Shown: piece by piece, positions 9,148 to 18,650 of the stretch
Layout of the letters: every line of letters starts with the position of its first letter
Numbering within the stretch: position 1 is the stretch's first letter
Source: Candidatus Eiseniibacteriota bacterium
GTDB lineage: Bacteria; Eisenbacteria; RBG-16-71-46
Length of the DNA stretch: 52,919 nt
Direction of reading: 5' to 3'
NCBI GenBank assembly: GCA_043720995.1
Contig: JAYSRO010000345.1
Span: forward strand, 1 to 52,919
Notes under the pieces: generated by a model
The model's database searches: none
What the model was told of the DNA's origin: nothing
What the model saw: the letters and a program-made list of their open reading frames with translations, nothing else
Program-made: the position numbers and the translations under genes

Positions 9148-9342
9148 GAAGAGTTCCTCCTTGAGTGTCGGGCCGGGAGCCGGCGCGGATGCATTCCGTG
9201 GATAGGGCAGGATGCCAGTATGGGCGCGCCCAATCAAGCATTTGCCAGCGTTTCGCGTGACGACGGCGTGACATTCCGATACGGTCCGCCGCAACCGATT
9301 GTGGTTGCAGCAGACAACTCCGACGCCCGCGAGGCATCCCCG

Positions 9343-10857
9343 ATGGAATTGACGACGCGAAGCGGTCTCCCCCACGAACGCCGGGCGGGTATCGCGGTGT
9401 TTTTCCTGTTCGAGCACGAGCGCACCCTGCGCGGCGCGGCGGCCGCGTTCGACCGTGCCTCGGGTGGAGCGCTCAAGCAATTGCGGCAATCGGGAGACTT
9501 CACGGGACGCTGGCTCGAGGCCGCGGTGCTGTATCCCACGCGCGGCTCCAAGGCGCCGCGCGTGCTGGTCGTGGGGCTGGGCGCAAACGACGAGCTCACG
9601 CCGCCGCGGTTGTTGCAGGTCGCGGCCACCGCCGCGCGCCGGGCGCGCGGACTGCGCGCTCGCGTCATGTCGGCGGCAGTGCGCGAGGAACTCGCCACCC
9701 CCGCGCGCGTCCAGGCGCTCACCGAAGGCGCCATCCTCGGGCACTATGCCTTCACCGCCTACCGCACCGACGCGCTGCCGCCACTCAAGGCGGTCGAGTG
9801 GATGTTGGGCGACGCAAAGCAAGCGCGCTCGCTCGCGCCCGCCACCGCAATCGGCGTGCGCCGCGCCGAAGCCACCTGCCTCGCGCGCGATCTCGCGTGC
9901 ACGCCGAGCCAGGACCTGGTGCCCGAGCAACTTGCCGAACGCGCGAAGGCCGTGGCGGAACAGTCCGGCGCCTTAGGCCGCGTGCTGCGTGTGCCGCAAC
10001 TCGAACGCTTGGGTCTCGGCTGTGTGCTCGCCGTGGGCCGCGGCAGCCCGAATCCGCCGTGCTTCGCGATCCTCGAGCGCCCGGCGGTGCGCCAGCCCAA
10101 GCGCGGCGAACGCGCGCGAACGGTGGTGCTGATCGGCAAGGGCATCACCTTCGACACCGGAGGCATCTCGCTCAAGCCGAAGGACGACATGACGCGCATG
10201 AAGTACGACATGTCGGGCGCCGCCGCGATCATCGGCACCTTCGCGGCACTCCACGGGCTCGAGCTGCCGTTCCGCGTCGTCGGGCTCTTGCCGTGCGCCG
10301 AGAACATGCCCGATGGCCGCGCCTTCAAGCCCGGCGACGTGGTGCGCGCGATGGACGGCACCACGATCGAGGTCACCAACACCGACGCGGAGGGCCGTCT
10401 CGTGCTAGCCGATGCGCTGTGCTACGCGCGCGGGCTCGAGCCCGAGGTGGTCGTCGACATCGCCACGCTGACGGGTGCCGCACGCATCGCGCTGGGCGCG
10501 CACGCCGCAGCGATGTTCACGCGCGATGACACGCTGGCGGGCGAACTGCTGGGCGCCGGCGAGCGCACTGGCGAGCGGCTCTGGCACATGCCGCTGTTCG
10601 ATGAATACGCGAACGAATTGCGCAGCGATACCGCCGACCTGGTCAACTCGGCCGGCCAACAGGGCGGCGCCTCGATCGCCGCGTCGTTCTTGCGACGCTT
10701 CGCCCGCGGCATGGTATGGGCGCACCTGGATATCTCGCCCACCGGTTGGGCGCCCAGCGAGCGGCCGCACGAATCGCGCGGCCCCACCGGGTTTGGGGTG
10801 CGGCTGCTGAGCGAGTGGCTCAGCGTCCGGGCTTCGCGGGAGCCGGGTCAGGCTTAG
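9343..10857 (+). CDS. pepA: Leucyl aminopeptidase, peptidase family M17
   Basis: NTDAEGRLVLADAL signature, VGKGITFDTGG and MKYDMSGAA metal-ligand regions. ATG at 9343 has GAGG 8 nt upstream and gives about 504 aa, the typical PepA length. ATG 9220 is an alternative start. Confidence 0.85.
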   Translation: MELTTRSGLPHERRAGIAVFFLFEHERTLRGAAAAFDRASGGALKQLRQSGDFTGRWLEAAVLYPTRGSKAPRVLVVGLGANDELTPPRLLQVAATAARRARGLRARVMSAAVREELATPARVQALTEGAILGHYAFTAYRTDALPPLKAVEWMLGDAKQARSLAPATAIGVRRAEATCLARDLACTPSQDLVPEQLAERAKAVAEQSGALGRVLRVPQLERLGLGCVLAVGRGSPNPPCFAILERPAVRQPKRGERARTVVLIGKGITFDTGGISLKPKDDMTRMKYDMSGAAAIIGTFAALHGLELPFRVVGLLPCAENMPDGRAFKPGDVVRAMDGTTIEVTNTDAEGRLVLADALCYARGLEPEVVVDIATLTGAARIALGAHAAAMFTRDDTLAGELLGAGERTGERLWHMPLFDEYANELRSDTADLVNSAGQQGGASIAASFLRRFARGMVWAHLDISPTGWAPSERPHESRGPTGFGVRLLSEWLSVRASREPGQA

Positions 10858-11683
10858 GCGTCGCAGGCGCTTCCGGTTTGCCAGGCTTGGCCGGCAAGTC
10901 GTAGGTCGCCGTGATCGACGGGATGCCGGACGGTACGGGGGTGTTCGTCCTCGCGACGGGATGCGTCTTGAGCGAAGCCGGATCGCGATCTACGCGCAGC
11001 CCCACCGCGGGAAGCGTCAGCCGCAACATCCGGCCGTTGGGCGAGACCCACGCGATGAACTCGGACCATGGATCGGTGATGCTGAATTTTTCAGCGGTCA
11101 CCGTTTCTTTGCCGAGCTTGAACGGCACCTTGCCCAACCGCTTGACCCGCGCCGTGACCACCGTGTCACGCGAAGTCACATACAGCAGCGTCACCGTCCG
11201 CTCCTCGAAGCTTTGCGCGTGCATGTCGCGGCACAACACATCGAACAATGCGAACACCTGCGGGTCCACGACGTAAACGCGGCCCGGCGGAGACGCGAAG
11301 GTGTCGCCGAAGCCACCCTCGCTGCCCTGGCGAAGCGACGTGTAAGTCGTGTCCGCAACGGTCAGGATCCGCGTCAGCATATCGCCGTTCATCTGTTCGT
11401 AGGATTGGTACGAACGCCACGCGCCGTCCTTGATGCCGAGCACGAGCATGGCGGTCTTGGCGAGCGTGTCCTGCTGGCTCAGACCACGCGGCAAACGTTG
11501 GCGAATCTTCGAGGTCATCACGAGGCTGTCGCTGCGCTGCTCGAAGTTGATGCGCTCGACCCCCAACAGGTGGTCCTGCTGGTAGACGCGATACAGTCCC
11601 TGGTCGGGGACGAACCCCGCGGCATGCGCCGCCATGGGGGCGAGCAACGCGGCCACAAGCACAGCCAGCAGGCACGATTTCAT
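10820..11683 (-). CDS. Hypothetical secreted protein
   Basis: ATG at 11683. Signal peptide MKSCLLAVLVAALLAPMAAHA. Balanced composition with a Pro/Lys-rich tail. Convergent 38-nt overlap with the pepA 3' end. Confidence 0.6.
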   Translation of the reverse strand: MKSCLLAVLVAALLAPMAAHAAGFVPDQGLYRVYQQDHLLGVERINFEQRSDSLVMTSKIRQRLPRGLSQQDTLAKTAMLVLGIKDGAWRSYQSYEQMNGDMLTRILTVADTTYTSLRQGSEGGFGDTFASPPGRVYVVDPQVFALFDVLCRDMHAQSFEERTVTLLYVTSRDTVVTARVKRLGKVPFKLGKETVTAEKFSITDPWSEFIAWVSPNGRMLRLTLPAVGLRVDRDPASLKTHPVARTNTPVPSGIPSITATYDLPAKPGKPEAPATPKPDPAPAKPGR

Positions 11684-11787
11684 GAGTACAAGGCTAGCAT
11701 GAGCGAGTGCCAGATTGTCATGCCGTTGGCAACGCAGGCGGGTCTCCGCAGCGCCGCCGCAGCTCGCATCACGGCTCGGGTCCCGGC

Positions 11788-13185
11788 TCAGCTGGCCGCG
11801 GCGGGGGATCGCTCGAACCTGGCTACGCACTCGATGTGCGGCGTGTGCGGGAACATGTCGAACGGCTCGGTCTCGGTCATGGTGTAGCCATACTTCGTGA
11901 AGTCGGCGGCGTCGCGCGCCAAGGTCGCTGGGTTGCAGGAGACGTACACGATGCGCCGCGGCTTGAGCTCGGCGACGCGAAACACCACGCGCGGATGCAG
12001 GCCCGCGCGCGGCGGGTCCACCACGATCACATCGGGCTTCACGCCGCCCGGGCGCTCGCCCCTCGCCCACTCACGCAGGACGGCGCGCGTCTCGCCCGCG
12101 ACAAAACGGGTGCCCTCGATCGCGTTGCGAATCGCGTTTTCGCGAGCGCGCGTGACGGCGTCTTCGACGCTCTCGACGCCGACCGCCTCGCGCGCATGCC
12201 GCGCCATCAACAACGTCAGCGTGCCGGTGCCGCAGTAGAGGTCGAGCACCGAGTCGTTCGGCGTGAGCTCCGCCGCCTCGACCGCGGCGGTATACAGCGC
12301 CTCGGCCTGCGCGCTGTTCGTCTGGAGGAACGCCGTCGAGCGCGCTTCGAACTCGAGTCCGAGCAGCCGCTCGAGCACCAGCCCGTCGCCGTGGAGGATG
12401 CGCTCTTCGTCGGCCGTCGCAATATTGGCGCGCGAACGATTGAGGCCGAGCGTCACGCTGCGGATCTCGGGCGACGTCGCCGCCACCTCGCGCGCCCATT
12501 CGGCGACTCCGGGCACCGCCTCCGACGCGGCGACCAGGTGCACCGCGCACTGCGCCGTGTGCTTCAGGTGCCGCACCACGAGGTAGCGCAGCATGCCGGT
12601 GTGCCGCGAGGGATGGTAGGCCTGCCAGTCGTGCGCGATGGCGAAGCGCTGCGTCAGCTTCACGATCTGCACCACCAGCTCGCTGGTGATCCAGCAATCG
12701 TCGACGGCGAACACGCGGTCGAAGGTGCCGCGCTCGTGGAGCCCGAGCACCGGCGTGCCGTCGGCCTGCGGGTGGAAGCTGAATTCCATCTTGTTGCGGT
12801 AGCGGAACACCGAGGGCGCCGGGCGGATCGAGCGCACCGTGACGTCGGCCTGTCCGCCGATGCGACGCAGGGCGTCGCGCACCTGGCGCTCCTTCAACTC
12901 GAGCTGCGCGTCGTAAGGGAGCTCCTGCATCCGGCAGCCGCCGCATACGTTGACGTGCGCGCAGCGGGCCTCGACGCGGGCATCCGACGGGGTCTCGACC
13001 TTGATGAGTTTGGCCTCGGCGTAGCTCGACTTCTTGCGGGTGATCCGGGCCTCGACCAGGTCCCCGGGCAGGCCGCGGTCGACAAACACGACGCAGCCCT
13101 CTTGCCGGCCGATGGCTTTTCCGCCCAGCGCGAGGTCCTGGATATTCAGCTTTAACAGGTCGTTGACTCTCAAGTCGTGGCCCAA
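11788..13185 (-). CDS. rlmD: 23S rRNA (uracil-C5)-methyltransferase RlmD/RumA family (TRAM + SAM-MTase)
   Basis: N-terminal TRAM-like segment (GLPGDLVEARITRKKSSYAEAKL), Fe-S cysteines CAHVNVCGGCRMQ, SAM motif VLDLYCGTGT, and catalytic YVSCNPATLARD. The start is TTG at 13185. Confidence 0.85.
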   Translation of the reverse strand: MGHDLRVNDLLKLNIQDLALGGKAIGRQEGCVVFVDRGLPGDLVEARITRKKSSYAEAKLIKVETPSDARVEARCAHVNVCGGCRMQELPYDAQLELKERQVRDALRRIGGQADVTVRSIRPAPSVFRYRNKMEFSFHPQADGTPVLGLHERGTFDRVFAVDDCWITSELVVQIVKLTQRFAIAHDWQAYHPSRHTGMLRYLVVRHLKHTAQCAVHLVAASEAVPGVAEWAREVAATSPEIRSVTLGLNRSRANIATADEERILHGDGLVLERLLGLEFEARSTAFLQTNSAQAEALYTAAVEAAELTPNDSVLDLYCGTGTLTLLMARHAREAVGVESVEDAVTRARENAIRNAIEGTRFVAGETRAVLREWARGERPGGVKPDVIVVDPPRAGLHPRVVFRVAELKPRRIVYVSCNPATLARDAADFTKYGYTMTETEPFDMFPHTPHIECVARFERSPAAAS

Positions 13186-13349
13186 ATGTCAGAAGCAGTA
13201 CGGAAGATGAGTTCGCCGGAACCGCAAGGCCCCATGCGCTGTTTTAAGCAGGGCGGAAGCGGCCGGACACACAAGGCAGGCGGCGGGAACTCCGCTCTTG
13301 GGCGGGTCTCCCGTCGCCTGCGGGCCGAAGCTAGCACAGGGGGTACAGC

Positions 13350-14543
13350 ATGCGTAGAACCGCAATGTCACTGTTCGTCGGGCTGGTCACGATCGCCGGG
13401 ATCGCCTGCGCCCACCCGGCCAGCGCCACCGCGTGGCTGGGTGTCTACAGCCAGGACATCACGCCCGAGCTGCGTGAGGGCATGAACTACAACGGCGCGG
13501 GCGCGCTGGTCACCCGCGTGGTTCCCGACAGCCCGGCCGACCGCGCGGGCGTCGAGCGTGGCGACGTGATCGTGGGTGTGGGTGGCGAGGACGTCGGCTC
13601 GCCCGGCGACCTCGTCGAAGCGGTGGGGTCAGCCAGCGAAGACGCCTCGATCGACATCCTGGTGGTGCGCGACGGTGCGAAGAAGTCACTGCGCGCCAAG
13701 CTCGCCTCGCGGCCCGAGGGCGGCGATTCCGATGAGGATACCCCCATGCCGGGTATGCCCGGGATGAGTGGGATGAAGGGCATGAGCGGGATGCAGGGCA
13801 TGCAGGGTATGCACGGCATGAAGGGAATGAAGGGCATGGGCGGCATGCGCCACTTCGAGATCCAGACCCCGGATGCGCCCGGAACTCACGGCGCGCCGCG
13901 CGTGTTCATGGACCACGACGGCGACAGCGACAACGATAGCGAGGGCGACGACAACGACATCTTGAGCCGCCTGCCGGACATGCTCGGCAACGGCATGATG
14001 GGCCGCGCCCGACTGGGCGTGCGCATCGAGAGCCTGAACCCTGACCTCGCGACGTACTTCGGTTCGCGCGATGCCAAGGGCGCCCTGGTGCTCGACGTCG
14101 TCGATGGTTCCCCCGCGCAGAAGGCGGGCATTCGCGCCGGCGACGTGATCCAGCGTGTCGACAGCAAGCAGGTCCAAGACGCTGGCGAACTGACCGAAGC
14201 CGTACGTTCGAGCGACAAGTCGGTCTCGATCACGCTGCTGCGCCACGGCGCAAAGCAGACGGTGAACGCCGAGCTCGGGGATGCGCCGCAGGCGATGCGC
14301 TTCCGCACTGGCCCGGGCGGCATGAACTGGAAGTCGAAGGGCAACAACAAGACGTTCGAGTGGCAGAGCCCGGACGGCCAGCGCCGTGTGAAGCGCATCG
14401 TCATCCAGGGCGACGAGGACGGCACGGAGCGCCGCGGAATGTCGGCCGATCGCGAGGGCACGGACCAGCTCCGCGAAGAAATGCAGCAACTGAGGGAACA
14501 GCTGGACCAGCTCCGCGAGGAGCTCAAGTCGAACCACCGGTAA
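13350..14543 (+). CDS. Periplasmic double-PDZ protein with Met/Gly-rich and acidic linker and C-terminal coiled coil; no protease domain
   Basis: Signal peptide MRRTAMSLFVGLVTIAGIACAHPASA. Two PDZ-like modules (GALVTRVVPDSPADRAGVERGDVIVGV and GALVLDVVDGSPAQKAGIRAGDVIQRV). Linker with (MxG)11 and DHDGDSDNDSEGDDND. The tail LREEMQQLREQLDQLREEL is a heptad-like coiled coil. Confidence 0.8.
   Translation: MRRTAMSLFVGLVTIAGIACAHPASATAWLGVYSQDITPELREGMNYNGAGALVTRVVPDSPADRAGVERGDVIVGVGGEDVGSPGDLVEAVGSASEDASIDILVVRDGAKKSLRAKLASRPEGGDSDEDTPMPGMPGMSGMKGMSGMQGMQGMHGMKGMKGMGGMRHFEIQTPDAPGTHGAPRVFMDHDGDSDNDSEGDDNDILSRLPDMLGNGMMGRARLGVRIESLNPDLATYFGSRDAKGALVLDVVDGSPAQKAGIRAGDVIQRVDSKQVQDAGELTEAVRSSDKSVSITLLRHGAKQTVNAELGDAPQAMRFRTGPGGMNWKSKGNNKTFEWQSPDGQRRVKRIVIQGDEDGTERRGMSADREGTDQLREEMQQLREQLDQLREELKSNHR
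13746..13847 (+). repeat. 9-bp-period coding tandem repeat (ATG-NNN-GGN)x11 encoding MPGMPGMSGMKGMSGMQGMQGMHGMKGMKGMGGM
   Basis: Direct read of the nucleotide and protein sequence: 12 Met in 34 residues. Confidence 0.95.
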
Positions 14544-14838
14544 ACCGGAGTCCGCAGTCTCGGGGCTGCGGAGGAGCGCCGATCCGAACCCATCCGCACC
14601 GTAAAGGTGTCAGCTAGGGGCGATGTACTGGATGGAAGGTGCAGCGCGGCGCTCCTTCGAGCCTCGAAGGACGAAGCCCGGACCACTCATGAAGCGCGAG
14701 CTGAATGAGCAGTCCGGGCAAGAACGAGACGCCCGGGTGGCCAGCGCCGCCCGGGCGATTTCGTTGCGTGGAGCTTTGCGCTACCCGCTGCGAATTCGTT
14801 GCGCCGCGCCGCACTCGCCCTTAGTGTTCGCGGCCACC

Positions 14839-15504
14839 ATGACCGACCGTAGCCGCGTCCGATTCTGCCCGCTGTGCGCCACGCCGCTCGTGCCGCGTGA
14901 CGATCTCGGCAAGAGCCGCCCCACCTGCCCCGCGTGCGGCTACATCCACTATCGCAACCCCGCTCCCGCCGCGGGCGTGATCGTCCACCGCGACGGCGAG
15001 GTACTGCTGGTGAAGCGCAAGTACGCGCCGCGCGTGGGCACATGGTGCCTCCCCGCTGGGTTCATGGAGTACGGCGAGACGCCCAGGCAATGCGCGACGC
15101 GCGAGCTGTTCGAAGAGACGGGACTGCGAGCCCGGCTGGGTGAACTGTTCGGTGTCTACGCCGGGCTCGATGATCCACGCGTACGCGCCATCCTCGTGCT
15201 CTACGTGGCGGCCGGCGTGCGTGGCACGCTGACGCCCGGGGATGACGCCCTCGAGGCGAAGTACTTCCCGTTGACGCGCCCGCCACGGAACATCGCGTTC
15301 GCAGCACACGCGCAGGCGCTGCGGGAGTTCGCGGCTTTGTTGAAGCGGCAGGCGCAGGAAGCGGCTCTGTTGAAACGCCAAGCGCTGGGCGCAGCGCCCG
15401 CGATTGCGCGAGCGCGAATGCCTCGTAGATCTATCTCGCGACGAAGCGCCGCTACGCCGCCCAGGCCAACGCGCGCCGCACGACCTCGTTCGCGCCGAGC
15501 GTGA
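14839..15504 (+). CDS. NUDIX hydrolase with N-terminal zinc ribbon
   Basis: ATG 14839 (MTDRSRVRFCPLC...). Zinc ribbon CPLC-x17-CPAC. NUDIX box GFMEYGETPRQCATRELFEETG. The 3' end overlaps the convergent GAF gene by 53 nt. The start is uncertain, since the track ORF begins at 14623. Confidence 0.72.
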   Translation: MTDRSRVRFCPLCATPLVPRDDLGKSRPTCPACGYIHYRNPAPAAGVIVHRDGEVLLVKRKYAPRVGTWCLPAGFMEYGETPRQCATRELFEETGLRARLGELFGVYAGLDDPRVRAILVLYVAAGVRGTLTPGDDALEAKYFPLTRPPRNIAFAAHAQALREFAALLKRQAQEAALLKRQALGAAPAIARARMPRRSISRRSAATPPRPTRAARPRSRRA

Positions 15505-16816
15505 TCGCGAACACGCCGGCCGCGAGCACCGCGCGCTCGAGGTCGGCGTCGTTGAACGGCTGGCCATCCCTGCGGTTCGTCAGATTCAACACGCCCGTGC
15601 AGCGGCCATTGAAGATGATCGGCACGCAGATGAACGACTCGTTGCGGTAGGTCTCATCAACGTTGCGTGAAACGTCCGCCGGAGCATCTTCCGGCTGCCG
15701 CACGAACAACGGCTTCCGATGCTGCGCCACCCAGCCCGAGACGCCCTGCCCCACGCGCACACGCACACGCTCCGCGACTTCGGGCGGGATGCCGTGCTGT
15801 TCGGCGATGCGCATCAGGTAGCCGCTGCGATCGATCAGCATGACGCTGCAGCGCTCAACACCGAACTGTTCCGTCAGCCAACCCACGACCTTGCCCGGGA
15901 ACTGCCGCGGGTCATGCTCGTCCGCGAGCGAGGCGAACACCTGGCGCAGGAAGTCCTGTGTGCGCCGCTGCTCACCGAGTTGCTCGCGCGCCAGCTCCAG
16001 CTGCGCCGAAGCTTCGCTCAGGCCCACCGAGGCGCGCGCCGAGCGTGCTTCCATGTCCTCGAGCGCCGACTTCACGCGCTGCAGCTCATCGCGATAGTCG
16101 TGCGAGTGCTTGTCGAGCCCGCCGAGCTGCTCGGTCAGGTGGCGCACCTCCGCCTGCTTTTTCTCGCTGACCTCTTCCAGCTCGCGCGCGTGGATGCTCA
16201 ACTGCTCGACGCGTTCCTGGAACTCGGCCGCCGCGCGGCTCGCGGCCTGCGGATCCGGCTCAATCGCGGCGTGCGTAGCCAGGTGCAGCCGTTCGGCGAG
16301 CGCGAATGCCGCCATGGTCTTGAGCGGTGCGATGTCATCGATGGTCTTGGGGCCGAACTCGCCCTTCTTCGGACTCACGATCGTCAGGATGGCCAGCATC
16401 TCGCCGCGGTCGGCGAGCGGCAGGCAGATCGCCGACTGCCATGTGGCGACCGGCAGCAGCGCGCGCAGCAGCACCGCATCGTTGAGATCCGGCTCGAACA
16501 TCGGCGGCGTCTGCACGCCGCCCGGAGGCGCGTGGCGGCCGTGCGGTTCGATGGCGGCGTTCGGATGGAAGAAGTTGCGGATCATGCGCGGTGGCAACTG
16601 ATCGACGAGCACCTTGATGTCTCGGCTGCGAAACTGGTCGCGCTCGCGTTCGTAGAGCTTCACCAGCGCATCGCGGCTGATCTCATAGAACGCCAGCGTG
16701 GCGTGCCATGTCGGGTGCGCGGTCTGCAGCGCGCCCAGAAACTCGTGAGCGACGGCCTCGGCATCCTTGGAGCGGGCAAGGCGATCAGAAATGTCGCGGA
16801 GTTCGTAATGGGACAC
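15452..16816 (-). CDS. Stand-alone GAF/coiled-coil/GAF protein (no recognisable output domain)
   Basis: The C-terminal GAF is clear (RCSVMLIDRSGYLMRIAEQHGIP...GVSGWVAQHRKPLFV...SFICVPIIFNGRCTGVLNLTNR). There is a central long coiled coil and an N-terminal GAF-like region. A GTG at 16816 sits 8 nt after GGAGG. ATG 16960 is an alternative start, and the track start 17371 is not credible. Confidence 0.7.
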   Translation of the reverse strand: MSHYELRDISDRLARSKDAEAVAHEFLGALQTAHPTWHATLAFYEISRDALVKLYERERDQFRSRDIKVLVDQLPPRMIRNFFHPNAAIEPHGRHAPPGGVQTPPMFEPDLNDAVLLRALLPVATWQSAICLPLADRGEMLAILTIVSPKKGEFGPKTIDDIAPLKTMAAFALAERLHLATHAAIEPDPQAASRAAAEFQERVEQLSIHARELEEVSEKKQAEVRHLTEQLGGLDKHSHDYRDELQRVKSALEDMEARSARASVGLSEASAQLELAREQLGEQRRTQDFLRQVFASLADEHDPRQFPGKVVGWLTEQFGVERCSVMLIDRSGYLMRIAEQHGIPPEVAERVRVRVGQGVSGWVAQHRKPLFVRQPEDAPADVSRNVDETYRNESFICVPIIFNGRCTGVLNLTNRRDGQPFNDADLERAVLAAGVFAITLGANEVVRRALAWAA

Positions 16817-16996
16817 GGGATGGTCCTCCGGGCGCGCGCGAGTAAATGGGCGTTGAGTGGCCTCCCTGTTTATCGGCCCGCGACCACGGCGACTTGAAGC
16901 CGTCCCGCTCCCCGAATCCGCTTCACGATCGCCCGGCTCGGTGACAGAATGGTCATTCATTGCAATTTGCGAGCCCCCCCAAAAGGCCCATCCGAC

Positions 16997-18205
16997 ATGT
17001 TCGAACTCATTGCTGATCGCCCGCTGTTGCGCTCCACCTCCGACCTGGGCCGCGTCATGGCCGCCGCCCGCGCCCGTGACGAGGCGGGCCTGCCGGTCGT
17101 CCACCTGGAACGCGGCGAGCCCGACTTCGACACGCCACCGCACATTGTCGACGCGTTGGACCGCGCCGCGCGTGGCGGCGAGACGCACTACCCGGACGCG
17201 CGAGGCCAACGCAACCTGCGCGAAGCGCTCGCCGCGAAGCTCACACGCGAGAACAAGCTCGACTGTCACATCGACGACATCACCGTGACGCTCGGCGGCA
17301 CGCACGCATTGTTTTGTGCGTTCCAGGCGTTGCTCAAGTCGAGTGACGAGCTGCTCGTGCTGTCGCCGCACTGGATGGCGATCCCCAAGCTCGTGGGCTT
17401 CCTCGATGGCGTCACGTACCGCACGCTGCCCGTGTATCTCGAGTTGATGAGCGGACGCTGGTCGGATGCCGAGTTCGCCAACGCCTTGCGCGCCGCGATC
17501 ACACCGAAGACGCGCGGCCTCTACCTCAACTCACCGAACAACCCGACCGGCGCCGTGCTGACGCGTGGACAACTGCAGGCGATCGCCGACGTCGCGATCG
17601 AATGCGGGTTGTGGGTCGTCAGCGATGAAGCGTACGAGCACCTGCTCTACGACGGCGCGCGGCACATCAGCATCGCCTCGCTGCCCGGCATGGCCGAGCG
17701 CACCATCAGCGCGTTCACCTTCTCCAAGTCCTACGCCATGACCGGCTGGCGCGTGGGCTACGCCGTTTCGCCGCCGTCGCTGCGTAACGTGATGGGACCG
17801 ATCCTGTCGTTCTACACCACGCATGGTGTGTTCCCCGCCGTGCAGTCCGCGTGCGCCGCGGCCGTCAATGGTTCGCAGGACTGCGTCGAAGCCATGCGCA
17901 ACGCCTACGACGAGCGGCGCGGCCTCATGCTCGCGGGGCTCAAGGGTCAATCCGCGATCACCGTGCCTTCACCCAGCGGCGCGTTCTACGTATTCGCGAA
18001 TGTGAGTGCGGCGCGCGGCGAAAAGGATTTGTGGGGGCTCGTCGACGAATGGCTGCAGCTGGGTGTAGCGGTGCTGCCGGGCACCGCGTTCGGTCCCGAG
18101 TACACCGACTGGATGCGCATGTCGCTCGCCACGCGCGCCGATCGCGTGACCGAGGCCGTGCGCATCCTGCGCGAGCGTTACGCCGGCGCGGGAGCCCGCG
18201 CGTGA
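16997..18205 (+). CDS. Class I/II pyridoxal-phosphate aminotransferase (aspartate/aromatic type)
   Basis: LERGEPDFDTPPHI, NSPNNPTG, VVSDEAYEHLLYD and FSKSYAMTGWRVGY (PLP-lysine motif). ATG at 16997. Confidence 0.85.
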   Translation: MFELIADRPLLRSTSDLGRVMAAARARDEAGLPVVHLERGEPDFDTPPHIVDALDRAARGGETHYPDARGQRNLREALAAKLTRENKLDCHIDDITVTLGGTHALFCAFQALLKSSDELLVLSPHWMAIPKLVGFLDGVTYRTLPVYLELMSGRWSDAEFANALRAAITPKTRGLYLNSPNNPTGAVLTRGQLQAIADVAIECGLWVVSDEAYEHLLYDGARHISIASLPGMAERTISAFTFSKSYAMTGWRVGYAVSPPSLRNVMGPILSFYTTHGVFPAVQSACAAAVNGSQDCVEAMRNAYDERRGLMLAGLKGQSAITVPSPSGAFYVFANVSAARGEKDLWGLVDEWLQLGVAVLPGTAFGPEYTDWMRMSLATRADRVTEAVRILRERYAGAGARA

Positions 18206-18251
18206 CGATGGCCCACGGCAACGCTCTTCTCGGCGCGGCGGGAGCTCGCGC

Positions 18252-18632
18252 ATGAAGTTCTGCCCCGATTGTGGCCGCGCCTATGAAGACGCCATCGCCG
18301 CCTGCCCGCAATGTCGCGTGGTGCTGGGCGATGAGCCGCCCCTCGACGACCGCTCAGGCTCCCCGCTAGCCGTGCACCGTGTGCCGGACGCTGCATCGGG
18401 AGCGCTGCTCTGCGGCGTGCTCGAGAATGCCGGCATCCGCACGGTGCTGCGGCCAGCGACCCTGCCCGGCTACGGCACCGTGCGCCGCGACTGGAACACC
18501 ACGCACTGGGGGGAGATCCTCGTGGCCAGCGGCGAAGCCGAAGACGCACGCGCGATCATCGCCGACTACTTGGGAGCGCTCGAGCGAGGCGGTGTCGTGC
18601 GCGATGAGGACGTCGAGGGCGAGGAGCCGTAG
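18252..18632 (+). CDS. Small zinc-ribbon + DUF2007-like (putative signal-transducing) protein
   Basis: MKFCPDCGRAYEDAIAACPQC is a CxxC-x12-CxxC ribbon. It is followed by a ferredoxin-like segment (ALLCGVLENAGIRTVLRP...ILVASGEAEDARAII) resembling DUF2007, then an acidic tail. Confidence 0.6.
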   Translation: MKFCPDCGRAYEDAIAACPQCRVVLGDEPPLDDRSGSPLAVHRVPDAASGALLCGVLENAGIRTVLRPATLPGYGTVRRDWNTTHWGEILVASGEAEDARAIIADYLGALERGGVVRDEDVEGEEP

Positions 18633-18650
18633 GAGCGCCCCGCGCCGCCG

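Noticed and set aside
15331-15390. Imperfect 30-bp tandem duplication (encoding ALLKRQAQEA / ALLKRQALGA) in the NUDIX 3' region
   Set aside because: It is real in the sequence, but it lies in the poorly supported C-terminal tail of the NUDIX ORF that overlaps the convergent GAF gene. It is most simply a local slippage duplication with no evident function.
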